DNA from: Octopus bimaculoides
Taxonomy: Eukaryota
Length of the DNA stretch: 49,313 nucleotides
Assembly (NCBI RefSeq): GCF_001194135.2
Contig: NC_068990.1
Location: forward strand, 54,356,571 to 54,405,883
Direction of reading: 5' to 3'
The first letter of the stretch is position 1. Every line of letters begins with the position of its first letter. Positions 48,339 through 49,313 of the stretch are shown piece by piece. The notes under the pieces were generated by a model. It searched no databases. It was given only the letters and a program-made list of their open reading frames with translations, and had not been told where the DNA came from. A program made the translations under genes and the position numbers.

Positions 48339-48816
48339 TAGCTGTCAGAAGTGAAAGTGCTCACTGCCTGCTAGTGAAGTATCTGTCTGTCTGCCTGCAT
48401 GCATGTTGCTGGCCTGTCGATTCTTTGGCTACTGACAGACCATGACTGGCCGGAGCAAGCTATATGTCTGTCTGTCTGTCTCTCTATCTATCTATCTATT
48501 ACTCGAAAGTCCGCGCTAGCTAGTCGTGAGTAGAAAACACAAATTATATATAAAAACATATTTCCTGAAATTGCAAATTATTTAAAATATAAAAATATAA
48601 TTTTCAACAGAGAGAATTTATCAAAATAGAAAACAAATGAAGTTTGAAGTTTAAAAATAATAGGATCGACCACTCACGACTAGCTAGTGCGGACGCGCGA
48701 ACTTTCGAGTAATATATAGATAGATAGAGAGAGAGACACAGACAGGCCAGCAACAGGCATGCAGGAAGACAGGCAGATACTTCACTAGCAGTGAGCACTT
48801 TCACTTCTGACAGCTA
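48339..48816. mobile_element. Long foldback element (arms about 155-190 bp, AT-rich 129-bp spacer) sharing its inner motif with the telomeric hairpin
   Basis: Left arm 48339-48531 and right arm 48661-48816, both beginning TAGCTGTCAGAAGTGAAAGTGCTCACTG. Shared core gctagctagtcgtgagt(ggtcgatccta). Confidence 0.8.
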
Positions 48817-48916
48817 NNNNNNNNNNNNNNNNNNNNNNNNNNNNNNNNNNNNNNNNNNNNNNNNNNNNNNNNNNNNNNNNNNNNNNNNNNNNNNNNNNNN
48901 NNNNNNNNNNNNNNNN

Positions 48917-49313
48917 GGTAGAGGTTGGGTATGTGGGAGTTGGTGTAAGGGATGGGGTGGGGTGAGATGAGAAAGATAGGGAAGATGGGGCTGGAATGTG
49001 TAGGGTTGGGTGGGCTTATGAGGGAAGGGTGACAATGAAGGGGGAAAGGAGAAGGTGAGTAGGGGAGAAAAGAGAGTAGGAGTCGGAGCAAGAGAGGAGA
49101 GGTAGGTGGGAGGAAGTAGGTGTGAGTGGGAGAGAGGCAAGGGAAGGAGAGTTGAGCCCATGTGCAAAGGAGCGAAGAGAGAAGATTAATCCCTGTTCAT
49201 GGCACAAATGGTGCACCAGATGGTCCCGGTGCAAGGACAATCCGGACACGGACAGGTATTGCAAAGAATGACTGGTAGAGCAGAAATGGCGTGAGACCGA
49301 GGTGTCATTGCCG
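48917..49313 (-). mobile_element. 3' end of a Penelope-like element: GIY-YIG endonuclease C-terminus plus pyrimidine-rich LTR-like tract
   Basis: Minus frame from the window end: GNDTSVSRHFCSTSHSLQYLSVSGLSLHRDHLVHHLCHEQGLIFSLRSFAHGLNS, matching the recalled PLE terminus (PVAxHFnspxHSxxDLSVxGL...EQxLIFxLxTLxPxGLN). Confidence 0.75.

Overview
Eukaryotic, AT-rich, repeat-dominated scaffold window with six N-gaps. The repeat families (tRNA/CORE-type SINEs, RTE LINEs with (GAT)n tails, Penelope-like elements) look like those of Octopus; this assignment is an inference from recalled repeat sequences. One host gene is well supported: a minus-strand C2H2 zinc-finger gene with a single coding exon (40951-42069, 372 aa, acidic N-terminus plus 4 fingers), two putative non-coding 5' exons near 47.3-47.8 kb, and a strong splice donor 51 nt after its stop codon. 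The rest is mostly decayed mobile DNA: at least four long copies of an RTE family whose ORF carries an embedded PHD finger, a second RTE family resembling decapod-crustacean RTEs, two Penelope-like (RT/GIY-YIG) remnants, a full-length dead mariner nested in an RTE, a pogo-type remnant, a CR1/L2-like relic, MITE-like foldbacks and many SINEs. The most unusual items are a telomere-repeat-bearing inverted-repeat element just upstream of the ZNF promoter, the PHD-in-RT LINE, a possible spliced second ORF downstream of the ZNF stop, and a perfect 46-bp palindrome. No rRNA, bona fide tRNA, CRISPR or prokaryotic features were seen. Most short ORFs in the track are TE fragments, antisense shadows, microsatellite readthrough or N-gap artefacts.
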